The notes: generated from the letters alone by a model not told the origin. A stretch of DNA of 64,000 nucleotides from Takakia lepidozioides (GCA_030704615.1 CM060731.1:6262001-6326000), one strand, 5' to 3'. Numbered from the stretch's first letter, positions 1-13,610 are shown. A program made the numbers and translations.

Positions 1-903
1 GAAGTGAATACTTAGAAGGTTGAGTCTACTTTCAATCCTAGCTCCCCAGGGTTCAACTTGCCTCATGTTGGCAAGTTTCCCTGCAAACAACTCAACCTAC
101 TAACACTGGGCAATATACTAATATTGTGCAGGTGAGTCTTTGCCACCACATACTCCAAGAGTGGAACCTTCTACAGGTGACTCTGGGTTCAAATCCGGCT
201 ACCTTGTTGAGTGTGGTATGATCTTCCTTGGACGGTGTCCCATGAGTCCTATGCAGCTCCCTGCATCATGGCTGAAAGAGGTTACTTTGTCCTCTCCCTA
301 TAATTAAGGGGCCTCTTGAGTGTATCCCTTTAAAAAAACAAAAAAGACCTTTTGTAAGAGCTTGGGTGGCTCATTATGCCAATACTGAGGAGGACCACCT
401 GGCAGAATCATGTGCCACTGCTTCCCATTCTGCATGCGGATTGCGCTCTCAACGTGAGGGAACACAGACCTAACTTAGAAACTCCAGGGAACTGAGCAGC
501 CCTGTCCTTTGTCCTGCTCGGCTGAACTTTTCGGGTCAAGCATTTTGGTCAAGCCTCGTCTCACCAAAAAGCTCTGCCACCACCTTCCCCTAATACCAAG
601 AAGCTAATAAGGTTGTTGGTAAGGTGGAAACTGGAAACTTACATGCTCTCCAAGTGCTCAACTGGGCATTCAACCAGGATACTCTAACATTTTACTTGTG
701 TATCTGCACTGTCTCCTGCAGTTAGAGTGAAACCAGGGCTGTCATAACGTCATCGCATACTGAATTACAGCGTGGAATGGAAGGTGTGTAGAAGCGCAAG
801 ATTGGTTGGTAACTGACACTGCAGAATTTCAGCTCAAGATGGTTTGCATAGCTTCTATTTTAGGGTTTGCCGCCCCTCCTCTTAGGGTTACAGCCGCTGC
901 GAT

Positions 904-990
904 CTAGAACCTTCATCCCGCCCATCCCATGGGATGGCATGGGATGGGGACGGGGATGGGGATGGCCGGGGCTTCTAGAATGGTCTTCCC
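904..990. promoter_or_regulatory. Candidate heat-shock elements upstream of the HSP70/110 gene
   Basis: GAAccTTC at 907-914 and TTCtaGAA at 973-980, about 0.5 kb upstream of the ATG at 1447. Only two-unit matches. Confidence 0.4.
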
Positions 991-1446
991 AAGTGAGATT
1001 CGGAACGTGGCAGACCGTGCCTCCTTCATCCTACATTTACGGGTCCACGTCGGCACACGCGGCAGATGGTGCCTTCTCTTCATCCAACATTTCCGTGCCT
1101 GCGTCGGCACGTTTTAGCTAGTTGTCAGGATGTGGATGTTTTCCGTCGATGAAAACCAGAGAATGGACGACTGTTACAAGGCGCTGGTTTTTTGCATCCC
1201 GATGTGCATCCATGTGGGGCCATGGATGGATGGATGGCATGCATGGAGGGGGGAGGGGGCAAGCTGGGAGGAGAGAGAAGGCTGCTGCGAAGGGATTCAG
1301 CGAGAGTGCTGTGCTGATTCTTCGATCGAGGAGGTGGTGGTGCAGGAAGCTTTGGAGATTGGGAGTTTGTTTGTGGGATCCGGGTGTGGCCGTGCGTGCC
1401 TCTTGCGCATTCTGGCCGAGGGCTTTGGCAAGGGTGGCAGTGCAAG

Positions 1447-4400
1447 ATGAGTGTGGTAGGGCTGGATGTGGGAAATGAAAACTGTATCGTGGGGGTGGCA
1501 AGGCAGCGGGGCATTGATGTGGTGCTGAATGATGAGTCGAAGCGGGAGACCCCCGCCATGGTTTCGTTTGGTGACAAGCAGCGGTTTATTGGTATCGCTG
1601 CAGCCGCATCAATCACCATGAACCCTACGAATACAATTTTCCAGATGAAACGTCTGATTGGGAGAAAATTCAACGATCCCGAGGTGCAGAGAGATCTGAG
1701 GCTATTCCCATTTTCTGTTTCGGAGGGACCGGATGGTGGCGTGCTGATAAATGTGCAGTATCTTGGTGAAACGCGAAGTTTCACGCCCACTCAAATCCTG
1801 GGGATGATTCTGTCAAACTTGAAGACTATTGCAGAAAAGAATTTGGGAACCTCTGTTGTAGATTGTGTCATTGGAATACCTGTCTATTTCACCGAGCTCC
1901 AGCGCCGTGCATATCTAGATGCGGCTCAGGTTGCTGGCCTTCGGCCACTGCGCCTCATGCACGAGACTACAGCTACTGCTCTCGCGTACGGAATATACAA
2001 GACAGATTTGTCTGATGCTGAGCCAATTAACGTTGCCTTCATTGATGTCGGGCATGCATCCATGCAAGTGTGTGTCGCTGCCTTCAAGAAAGGTCAGCTC
2101 AAGATTTTAGCTCACGCCTTTGAGCGTAATCTTGGTGGACGGGATTTCGACGAAGTTTTGTTCAATTACTTCGCGGAGAAGTTTAAGGAGGAATACAAGA
2201 TTGATGTTACAGCGAACGCTCGCGCAAGTCAAAGGCTTCGGGCAGCTTGTGAGAAGCTGAAGAAAGTACTAAGTGCTAACGCGGAGGCCCCACTTAACAT
2301 TGAGTGTTTGATGGATGAGAAAGATGTCAAGGGGTTCATTAAGAGGGAGGAGTTTGAGCGGCTATCTGCACCTATATTGGAGCGAGTAAAGGGACCTTGT
2401 GAGAAGGTGCTAGCGGAGTCCAGTCTGAGTATAGACAAGATTAGTTCGGTGGAGGTGGTTGGATCTGGCTCTCGCATACCTTCAATTCTTAAAATTCTTT
2501 CCTCAGTTTTTGGAAAGGAGCCAGGCCGTACTCTCAACGCCAGCGAATGCATTGCCCGGGGATGCGCCCTTCAGTGCGCCATGCTGAGTCCAACATTTAG
2601 AGTCAGGGACTTTGAGGTACTTGTCGTATTTATTTCTCTGTCTCTGTTGTGTGCGACACTGAGAGCAGTCTGTGAAATGTGTTGTGTAGCACACAGATAC
2701 TTGTTTTATGCTTGCATATCAATTTATATACTTTGACGATGGCTTCAAACCTTTGTGAATGTCAGGTGCAAGACTCTTTCCCTTATCCGATTGCCCTATC
2801 ATGGAAGGGATCCGCTCCAGAGTCTGAAGGTGGGGAGGAAACCTCTTCAAACAGTATTGTGTTCCCTAAGGGAAATCCTATCCCAAGCACCAAGATGTTA
2901 ACTTTCTACAGATCAGGGACTTTTACTATTGACGTTTTATATGCAGACACAACTGAATTGCCCCCTGGCACTTCCCCAAAAATCAGCACATTTACTGTAC
3001 GTATTTATTCGTCGAGATCTTTGCTTTCAGTTTGTGATTCTGATTGAGGGCATTGCAACACTTTCCCGATGTAAGGTAGAATTGCAGCTCGCATACACTC
3101 AGCATTTATTGTTCTGTTCTTGGTTTGGTTAAATTTTTCTTTGCAATGTGTCACCACTTCCATCTGCAGTTGATGAAATGGCCAGCCATTATGTGCTCCT
3201 TCAGTCCAATTAGAGGAGGTCATTTTCTTCTTGCGGCAGGGCCTTGAGTTTTCAAGTAAATTGGTTTTTTTTCAAAACCTAGTTTTAGAGGTAATGACCA
3301 TGTTCTTTCCAGTGTGGAGTGAATTGCAGTGTTATCTCGAGATGAAGTTGTGCTGTTTTCCTGATGAGGTATCTACTTGCCTGGATTCTTTCCCAGATTG
3401 GCCCCTTCAGCCCTTCCAAAGGAGAGAAGGCAAAGATCAAAGTGAAGATTCGGCTCAATCTGCATGGAATTGTCTCGGTGGAGTCTGCCACTGTAAGTAG
3501 GGGTGTTGCATTTCATCTCAAACTTTTAAAACATGTATTCTGGGATGTGAAAGCCTAATCTTCTGTGAGGAGTACCACTGATAGTTGTCATCCTACTTGC
3601 AGATGATTGAGGAGGAGGAAGTGGAAGTGCCTGTCACAAAGTCAAACTCCCAAGATGCCAAGGACGTTTCTGCAATGGAGACTGAAAAGGATGTTGGTGC
3701 AGGCGGGGAAAATTCCTCAGAGGGTAAAGATGCTAAGATGGAAGAGGCGGATGCCACTCAGCCTGGGGCTAGCAGTGGTACTGACAATGGTGTACCCTCA
3801 GCTGATGAGAAGACAGCCAAGATGGACACAGAACCCCCTAAGGTAGTTCACTAACCAAAAGCCTTTGTCAGCTTGTATCCTGTGCTGCTCACTGGACCTG
3901 TAGGAGGAGTGTATCCTTGTGTGCTGAACAGTTCATCGCCGGGTTTTACTCCTCAGCCCTTTGCAAGGGCAACATTTTGTTCTGTTACAATTTCCATAAA
4001 CTTTTTAGTGTTCTAGGTACCATCTGCTGCTTTTTTTAGTTGCATATCTAGTGCAGCTAGACTTGACCCAAATTGCCTGTTGTATTTCCTGCTGTTGGCT
4101 CAAATGAGCATGTTTGAAGGTGAGTGTTGGCAATAGATAGTGCAGGCTATTCTGCGATTCTGTTAATTGTCAGACTCTTGTGCAGTTTGTAATTATAGCT
4201 TGTTGCATGTGTCCTGTGAATATGATGACTAGACAGTAGGTGACCACGGGGAAGGTAGAGTTGCCATGTTATCTTTTGTAGGAATGCTGCTGACTAATGG
4301 TTCACGGGATGCATTATTTGCACCTTGGAAGTGACTGAGATAAAGATGGTTAGATGTCCATGCTTATGTTCTTTGCCACATATTGGATGGCAGGTGGAAG

Positions 4401-6506
4401 TGTTGAAAAGGAAAAAGACAAAGAGGACAGACATTCCAGTCGCCGAAATAGTGGTTGGAGGATTGCCACAACCAGAGTTGCAGAAGGCTGTGGAGAAGGA
4501 GTATGAGATGGCACTCCAAGATCGGGTTATGGAAGAGACCAAGGAAAAGAAAAATGCCGTGGAAGCTTATGTATATGATATGCGGAACAAGGTATCCTCA
4601 TTGCATTTGTGTCAGAAGTCACAGACGGTGGTAGGGTCTTGGTTTAGATGGATATGGAAGGTACTTTCTGTGTTGATTGCTTGAGGAATCAAAGTAGGTT
4701 GCAGTCAGAATGTTTCTTACTCTTTGCTGTGGTGTTTGTGTCCGACTAGTTCTTTTGAATCTTCCACCTACGCTGAACCTTTGGGGCTTAGTCTGTCCTC
4801 TGAAATGGCACTACATTCATTCCTGCTAATTATAGTGGAAGTGGTGTACTTAAAATAAAAGTATTTCTCTTTCGTGCAAATGTACAACTGTCTCGATGAT
4901 TTTTGACACTTCCTGAATGTATGTTGTGTTCTTCAATCAGCTGTATGAAAGACTGCAAGAGTATGTCACCGATCATGAACGGGAAGCATTGTCTGCAAAG
5001 CTTCAAGAAACGGAGGACTGGTTGTATGAGGATGGGGAGGATGAGATCAAAAGTGTTTATGTCGCCAAGCTGGTAGAACTCAAGAAGGTAATTGAGTAAC
5101 CTCTTAGGTTTCATCAGTGGGACAGTGTTTTTCTTTTCTAGAATGTTAGCTGCTGTCATGTCCTTGATCTGCTGGGCATGTCATGCACATGGTCTTTGAT
5201 TATACAAGGCCTTATTGCTTATGAGGTGCAAACACCAATGATGATAGTCTGTTGGCATCTGCAGCTTGGTAACCCAATAGAAGAGAGGCAAAAGGAAGAG
5301 GAGGCTCGGGTTCCTGCAATTTCAGAACTCAATTATTGCATCAACAGTTTCCGTGAAGCTGCCCAATCCAAGGAGGTCAAGTATGACCATATTGATGGTG
5401 CTGACAAAGAGAAGGTCGTTCTTCTACTTGCTCTCTCTAGGTCATTCTAAAAGAGTCAATTTTTGCCTATGAGGATTTCGTCCTGTAGTCACTATCAAAT
5501 CTGAAGACGCTTTGCTTTCGGCCTGAAAAGTGTTGCATACACCAACTATGTGATTTATTGGTCCCTTCAGGTAGTAAATGAGTGCAACAAGGCGGAAGAC
5601 TGGTTAAGAGACAAGAAGCAACAGCAGGATGCGCTTCCTAAATCAGCAAACCCAGTGCTTCTCTCAGCTGAAGTAAAGAAGAAGACAGAGTTTCTTGACA
5701 GGTACATATCACCAGTGTCTCACAACGCCCACTTTAGTTTACAAGTTTCACACTATCTAATAAAAAAAGACGTTTACAACAATTCATGACCATCATGTGT
5801 GAATCCCAGTACTGTTGTCTGCAACTTAGTGATGTCATTCCTTCTTGACATCATTGCCAGAGGCTTGTTTATCAAAATCTTTTTTGGTCCTCGACACTCT
5901 ATGTGACTGTTAGTTGGAACCTTGTGAAGACTAATTGGATTTTGCAGAAGATATTGATGTTGGAGATGCAGTGATAGTGACATTCGAAGGACAAGATCTG
6001 TTTGTAGGTTTCCCGCTACACTTGTTTTAGGAACAAGTAATGTATTGCTGTTCCTAGTAAGAAGATAGATTGGCTTCATCTATTTCTTCTTGAATTAAGG
6101 ACTTCTCGTGGCTTCAATGCTGATGTAAGTAATTCAGCGGACTGAAAAGAAAGAGCAACTTCCCTCCCATGGGGCTGGTCTTAGCTGTGTTATACACTTG
6201 TCCTCAACTCTTACACCTGGGAGTGAATGTATTCATTTCCATATGCGAATGCTCATGCAGCAAGCCGATGTGGGTGGATGATGATGGCTGAACAGATTTT
6301 GCAAACCAATCATGACGAAGTCAAGGCCACCCCCACCAAAGCCAGCCTCGACCACAGAAAACAAGGCTGCAGAAAACAAGGCCACTGAGCCCAAGGACTC
6401 GGCAAATGGACACACTGCAGCTAGTGGAGAAATACCTGTCGACGAACCCATGGATACTGACACCAAGTCATCTGCACCTGATTCTGACAACATGCAGACA
6501 GAGTAG
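1447..6506 (+). CDS. Cytosolic HSP110/SSE-type heat shock protein 70 (HSP70-14/15-like), 9 coding exons
   Basis: N-terminus MSVVGLDVGNENCIVGVARQRGIDVVLNDESKRETP and later KKNAVEAYVYDMRNK and EDWLYEDGEDE. GT-AG exons 1447-2616, 2766-2996, 3397-3492, 3603-3842, 4394-4591, 4941-5087, 5265-5414, 5571-5701 and 6296-6506 join in frame. Confidence 0.95.
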
Positions 6507-7699
6507 ATGGACTGGAGGGAGCCTGACGGCATCCTTGTCTATGCTCATGACTAGGCATCTGCCTTCCCTCCTTTCCGGGCACGCTTCATCATTAAGACTT
6601 GCATCTTTTCGACATTCTTCCTGGTGTTTCACTGGGCCTTTTGGGATGGCTGTCATACAAGGCAGTGGGTGATGTGATCATGTAAGTTAGGCCAAGTAGA
6701 TACAGTGAGGGATGTGCTACAGGTACAGAAATGATAGTTAGTGGAATGAACGTTTGATAACAGTGAGGAGGGAGCTCTGGAGGGACGCAGCCACATATTT
6801 GGCTCTCATCAGTAATCTGTGCATGTGGTGATGATTTGAACGACCACAGTAAAGCAACAAAAGTGACGATCTTTTTTTGGGTATCTACTGTGCAGGATTC
6901 CGGTATTGGGAATGTATGTGGCACTACTAGCTCACACCTTTGCTGCTTTACTTTCCAATTCTATGTCACGGCCTTTGCTGTAGAATGGTCTTCCAAATGT
7001 TAGACCTGGTAATTGTCTTCTTGAGACTGACATTGATGCCAAGTTGTCAGTGTTTGCCATTCAGAGAAGTCAAGAATTCATCACCGAAAATCTGAAAAGT
7101 GGAGTTGAGGAGGTCCCATGATGCCATTACCGATTCCATTACCATAGAAGCCAGAAGTGGGGTTATTTAGGTCCTAGTTTGATGATGCCACTCCTGATTG
7201 ACTTGTAAATAATGTAGTTGATTGTAATTGCAGTGGCCCTCACTGCTAGTGAGGTCACCTATCATGGTCATGATGTAGGCTCTTTCAGTTGGCTCTTAGC
7301 AAATACATAATTTCCGTGAGAAGAAGAAACAGGCAAGGCCCAAACACCCAACAGTTGGGCCGCGCGCTCTAAGTGCTGAACGACCAATGATTTATAGAGC
7401 ACAACAGAGTTCATTGCGGTTCTTTGCGGTTTCTTTTTAAGGCAATATCCCTGAGAGCAAGTAACTGCTCACAAATTTGGGTCTTACAAGAAAAGAGAGA
7501 AGGAAATAACCATAAGGCTTGAGGGATACTCGCCTAAAATTCAAACCCGTATGTCAATACAATGAGGCAAGAAGGTTCGAACCCAGAATCACCCCGAAGC
7601 ACATTAATCACTACAATGACGCGAGATTTTTGTGCCACGGAGTGAGTCAGGGTTCGAACATTACCCTATATTGCTACAATGAGGCTAGAAGGTTTGAAC

Positions 7700-8446
7700 C
7701 AGTGTTGGGCGGATCTTGCATTTGTGAAGGAACCTTCGGTTCCTTCCGGATCTGGTTCCGGTTTTTTTTTATTGAGCCAGTTCCGGTCCGGTTCCGGATC
7801 CAACTTTTAAACATGGGGGCGGTTCCGGTTAGTTGCTGATAAAAACAATCGGTTCGGTTAGGTTCCGGTTTTATTTTTAAAATATATTTGTTTAATTTAA
7901 TTAGATTTAAAATATTTTATCAGTCCGGTAGATTAAATAGCAGTGTATTCACATATTTGAACTAAAATCCAACGATTTTGTTAGGTTTCACTAAACACAA
8001 AAAAACAAACAAAAATACTCTAAATAAACTGGTAGAAGAAAATGGGTAAAATTTTATGGGTTGAAAGTACTATTCAGCTACGTGGCAAGTATTGGCATCT
8101 TCAAACATTTTATTAATGAACTTAGCTAGGATATCATGGAGCTGGAGATTGAACCCAAGATCTCATGGCGCTGAAGCATTGAACATAGAATCTCATGGCC
8201 TTCAAGCATTGAACCCAGGATCTCAGGAGCTTGAGAGCATTAAATAAGTTTTTCCCTGGGCCCACCAGCCCCACCTAAGGGGTCAAGAACCGGAACCTCT
8301 TTTTATACCCCTGCGCGCCCTGGTTCTCACACCCAGCAGGAACCGCCGGTTCGGTTCTGCGCGGATCCCCGTTGGCAGGTTCCGATTCCGGGTCAGGTTC
8401 TGTACGGCGGTTAACCTGGGTCCCGGCGGGTAACCGCCCAACACTG
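7700..8446. mobile_element. Non-autonomous hAT-family element (MITE-like)
   Basis: 13-bp TIR CAGTGTTGGGCGG (7700) / CCGCCCAACACTG (ends 8446); 8-bp TSD GTTTGAAC at 7692-7699 and 8447-8454; many subterminal GGTTCCGG/CCGGTT motifs; AT-rich core with a 3x ~30-bp tandem repeat at about 8149-8240. Confidence 0.88.
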
Positions 8447-9455
8447 GTTTGAACCCAGAGTCACAAAGAGAGAGATGAGAGTGAATAAGTGAGAGAAGAT
8501 GGAGTAGGTGAAGAGTGAAGAGTAGTTGGAGATAGAATCGCAGAGGGATGTGCAGACAGTAGTATGAAGAAAATCTTCGAGGAAGCAAGCAGCCTGAGAG
8601 TCTGCTAACAAATTGCGATGCACACACTTACATATCTGATGCTGGTATTAACAGCATGCTACCCATGCGATTGCTTCAACGACTTTTACAGATGTCAAAA
8701 ATGGTTGGCTCTGTCTTCACCGAAGAAGTTGGAATTCTTGGTCAGTCAAGTGTGGGGATGCAACTAATTAAATGTAAGTCAAGTATGATCTTACGTGCTT
8801 ACCATTGATATTAATTCGTGAGAAGCATTCTTCTTCCTGTGACAATTCCAATACATAACAGTGCCAAATGGAGAGCTGTAAACCTTGGTTAGAGCAAACC
8901 CTTAGTCACCAGCAGGAAACCTTGGATGGAGCGAGTACAAGTGTGCATGCGACTTCTGCAGACTACTGAAGGGCAACTAGTTTTTCTGCTTGCACTTATT
9001 TTCGGTATCTCACATTCACTGAGCAGAACAAGAACTGGCAAAGATAGATTCAGTTTTCCATTTGATTGATCATCTGAAACTTGGAGTCTCCACGGGAAAA
9101 ACATCCTTGGGGATCAAATTTTGAGGGAAATGATATCTGGAATTGACCTTGACATTAAAGAATTGACCGTATACTTGAAAACAAGCTTCATGATTTGCGC
9201 TCATATCAAGTACATATAAATTGTTTAGTTGGCACTGGTCAACGTTTGATGGAACGTGCCCATTTCTCGCACTTCCTGGATGCACTAAACTGGTCATCTG
9301 ATGCAGATATGTGACTTCAGGATTGCCTTCTAGAGAGAACTTTTGAAGCTAGAAAGGGTAAGTCTTTTGCAGTTCCGCTCATATGCAGGGAGAAATATCT
9401 GGCTGAATCCTGTTTCCGTTGTCGGATTTTCTGGCACGAAGGTCTACAGTGGAGC

Positions 9456-12400
9456 ATGGAGCAGAGCTGGCATGAGGTTTTTAAAGATCCTTCACAATGT
9501 TGGGACAACCACAATCTTAAGGTGTGGCTTTCTTAATGTGAAGAAGTCTGTCTGTTCTGAGAATGTGGCTCTTCCTGTCAGTATCACGATTTGGCATTTT
9601 TCCTGGTGTTTACTAGGTACTTGGGAGGGTCAGCTTGGTCTTAGGAGGCCGTGCTTAAATCTATGGCTGCTCAGCTGCACCGTGGTGGTTCTCACAGACC
9701 AATCCAAGATTACCTGACTACAAACACAAGCAGCGCGCACAAGAGGCCCTTTTGTGATGATGGTCGGTTGAATATTCCGTGGGTGAAAGAAAAGCTAGCT
9801 GCTTTCATGACACAAGGTCAAGGACAATGTGGTGAGGGCACCTTCTTCGACACATTTCAGCCTGTTTTGCCCTTATCAGTGTCATCCCTAATTTTTCATT
9901 TTGAATTCTGCAAGTTAGCTGGTTGGGTGCATCTATGGCAGTTTGGATTGATTTTGACTGTTACTTCCAATGTGGCAACAGGAAAGTATCCAAAAACAGA
10001 TAACAGAGAGAAGCCTTGGAGTGAACATTCTTCAGACCCCAGTCAATGGTGGGCCAATCAAGGCAAAAAGGTGAATTCCTGTTAGATTACAGAGAGAAGC
10101 AGACAACAAGATGCAATGCAAAGCTTTGTTGGAGATTGTCATCCTCTCACTCCCCAGCACATTCTAAAGTCTTGGGAGCATTCAGCATAGGAACTAGGGT
10201 GTGTGATAAGTAGGGTTAGGGTGTTTGCTAGAACAAATCTAGGCTGTCATTGTCAGCTACTAGCACCAAGGCGAGGATCTATACATGATTTGTGCAGAGT
10301 GAGGATAGCTGAAGGGGCAGGGATAGAGTGTGGGTCCAGATTCATCCAAGAGGCCCAGATTTCAAGCACAAAATTACCTATGATTCCCTGTGGATCGATA
10401 GCTACAAAAAACCTGCATGGGTAGATGGTCAACTGGAAGCAGCAGCAGCAGTGGCACAGTTGATAAAATCAGGCACCTCAACCATGACCACAGCTTCCGA
10501 AGGAGGACCAAGAGAGGTAGTCCACAACGCCTCTTCTGGCACTTCTGGGCATGTGAGGATGCTATGTGAGGGAGGGCGACTGGAAGAGGCTCTACAAACT
10601 TTAAACCAAGGAGCCATTTCAGCAGATTCAGATACTTACGTTTGTCTCTTGCATAAGTGCATCAAGATGAAAGGCCTGGAAGCTGGAAAGCAGGTGCACG
10701 CTCACATTATCCAAAGTGGATTCAAGCCAAACGTTTTTCTACACAATACCCTTCTCAACATGTATGTTAAGTGCGGGAGCATCATGGATGCTTACCAGGT
10801 TTTCAACAGAATGCCTCAACGATGTTTGATCACGTGGAATATAATCATGGCAGGATTTACCAAGCATGGGTATGGCAGGAACACTTTGGAGACATATGAG
10901 CAAATGATGACAGAAGGGGTGAAGCCCAACCACACCACGTTTGTTTGCGTTTGTAATGCATGTGCAAAATTAGCAGCCCTTGACAAGGGCAAAGAGGTCC
11001 ATGGTGACATCGTCAAAGGTGAAATTGTACCAGATGTCATTCTGAACACTGCCCTGGTGGACATGTATGCCAAATGCGGGAGCATTGAAGATGCAAAGGG
11101 AGTGTTCAACAATATGGCTGAACGAAATGTGGTCTCATGGAGCGCGATGATCGCAGGATATGTGCAGCATGGGTGTGGGATGGAGGCTTTGGAGATCTAT
11201 GAGCAAATGATGCGAGAAGGGGTGAAGCCCAACCACATCACGTTTGTTTCCGTTTGCAATGCGTGTGCAAGCCTGGCAGCCCTGGAAAAGGGCAAAGAGG
11301 TCCATGGTGACATCGTCAAAGCTGGATTTGTACCAGATGTCATTCTGAACACTGCCCTGGTGGACATGTATGCCAAATGTGGGAGCATTGAAGATGCAAA
11401 GGGAGTGTTCGACAACATGGCTCAACGAAATGTGGTGTCGTGGAATGCGATGATCACAGGATATGCACAGCAGGGTCACGGGATGGAGGCTTTGGAGGCC
11501 TATGTGCAAATGATGCAGGAAGGGGTGAAGCCCAACCACATCACGTTTGTTTGCGTTTGCAATGCGTGTGCAAGCCTGGCAGCCCTGGAAAAGGGCAAAC
11601 AGGTCCATGGTGACATCGTCAAAGCTGGAATTGTACCAAATGTCTTTCTGAACACTGCCCTGGTGGACATGTATGCCAAATGTGGGAGCATTGAAGATGC
11701 GAAGGTAGTGTTCGACAATATGTCTGAACAAAATGTGGTGTCGTGGAACGCGATGATTGCAGGATATGCACAGCAGGGGCGCGGGATGGAGGCTTTGCAG
11801 ACCTATGAGCATATGATGCGGGAAGGGGTGAAGCCCAACCACATCACCTTTATATGTGTTCTCTCTGCATGCAGTCACGTTGGCCTGCTGGATGAAGGAA
11901 GACGCTACTTTGAGTCCCTGAGTCAAGATCATGGTGTCACTCCGACAGTAAAGCACTTTGTCTGCATGGTGGACCTTCTTGGACGTGCGGGCCGATTGGA
12001 TGAGGCAGAGGACCTCATTAATAAAATGCCGATCAAACCAGACGCTGTGGTGTGGAAGGCCTTGCTTGGTGCCTGCAGAATCCATGGCAACTTGGAGATG
12101 GCTGAACGTGCGGCAACATCTATTCTCAAGTGGGATGTACAGGATGCCGCGACTTATGTGTTGCTATCAAACATCTATGCTGCAGCTGGCAGGTGGGACA
12201 ATAGTGCAAAGGTGAGAAAAATGATGAAGGTCAGAGGGGTTAGAAAGGAGCCAGGTCGCTGCTGCATTGAGGTGGGCAACAGGGTGCACACCTTTGTTTC
12301 AGATGACAAAATGCATCCCAAAAGTAAGGAAATCCATGATGAGCTGAGACGATTGTCTGGGCAGATGAAGGAGGCTGGGTATGTGCCTGACACGCGCTTT

Positions 12401-12658
12401 GCAATGCATGATGTGGGGGAGGAGCAAAAGGAATTTTCCCTTTGCCACCACAGTGAGAAGCTGGCCATTGGTTTTGGGCTGATCAGCACGTCCCCTAGGA
12501 CGCCTATCCGTCTCATCAAGAATCTTCGGGTGTGTGGTGACTGCCACACCTTCACCAAGTTCATCTCAAAGATTGTTGGCCGAGCAATTGTTGTACGGGA
12601 CGCTAACCGCTTTCACCACTTTGAAGATGGGGTTTGTTCTTGTGGGGATTACTGGTGA
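9456..12658 (+). CDS. PLS-class PPR protein with E/E+/DYW deaminase domain and N-terminal OSB-like PDF motifs (organellar C-to-U editing factor)
   Basis: Main exon 10340-12658 has PLS triplets, PG box (PGRCCIEV), HSEKLA, CGDCH and terminal DYW. Upstream GT-AG exons 9456-9521, 9698-9816 (1-nt frameshift/stop at 9755) and 9982-10070 encode W..F.DPSQWW...K/NPR.PDFKHK motifs. True start uncertain; ATG 9807 gives an open spliced frame. Confidence 0.88.
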
Positions 12659-13539
12659 AACGATGTTTTTCTGGAAAAATGTGAGTGTCTTGCTTCATTC
12701 ATTGATCTGCCTAGCTACTCCGTTCCTCCACCATTTCCTGAGAATGTCGATCATGGTCTTCTGTTGAGGGCATATCCACAGGAAATGGTAGTGGGGTCTA
12801 CCCAGCATAAGTGGGAAAGTCAGCCGATAATTGCAATTGACTGGAGCAGGTGGTGACAGTAGAATGAAATCAGAGTGCTGTGCTAATTCTGGTGTGGATG
12901 GTGGAGCTTCTTCAAACCTTAAATATCAAAGGGAATATGATTCGTGATCACTAACTTGCATGAATGTTGTCAAAAGCTAGCCTTAACCAACCAAGATCTA
13001 ACCCCATCGTGGCCACTCAAAAGTTTGCTGAGTGACTGTAATTGTATTCGCGTATTGCTTGAATCATGAATTGGATGTCGCCTTTCACCCAAAATACTCT
13101 TCCATCCCTGTCTCTACATAGAACTCATAGCAGAGCTCATACAACTCGTACAACATACAACTTCAACACGCAGTACACAGAACACTTTGAGAGTACCTTG
13201 TCTGTCTCCTTGAGAGAGTTTATAGAAAGTTAGCTTGGAATGATGAGGTGTGTTGAGGTGCCTGTCCCCACCATACCTTAGCCATGGACTAAATGGGTTG
13301 TGCATTGATTCGAGGGAGAGTGCGAGCAAAGCTGAAGAGAGAGAAATGTGAGAGCGTGGAGATGATGGATAGGATCGAGGAAGTTGAGTCACGGGTGGCT
13401 GAAACCTTGCATCGGGGTCGCACTGCCAAAACATACGTTTCTGGCTCTTTCTCACTCACCGGCGGAGACGGCAGCGTCTTCCGCGTTCAGCAAAGAAGTA
13501 AGAAAGCGCACGGGAGCGTTAGACAAGGCCGAGCTGGAG

Positions 13540-13610
13540 CATGAAACAGCGCTGGCAGGAGTTCTTTAAAGATCCTTCACAATGGTGGGACAGTAGCCTT
13601 GACGAGATGA
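13540..13610 (+). pseudogene. Isolated PDF-motif exon remnant, paralogous to 9451-9521
   Basis: Translates MKQRWQEFFKDPSQWWDS; shares the nucleotide block tttaaagatccttcacaatg with 9480-9499. Confidence 0.6.

Noticed and set aside
1-347. Possible SINE or tRNA (GGTTCAAATCC B-box, A-rich tail)
   Set aside because: No cloverleaf, A-box or TSD can be supported, and the element may be cut by the window edge.
8700-9300. Short minus-strand ORFs with an LRR-like phrase (LNNLYVLDMSAN)
   Set aside because: Single weak motif with no colinear support.
11135-12564. Long antisense ORFs over the PPR gene (also over HSP70 and the polyproteins)
   Set aside because: Shadow frames of genuine coding sequence on the opposite strand.
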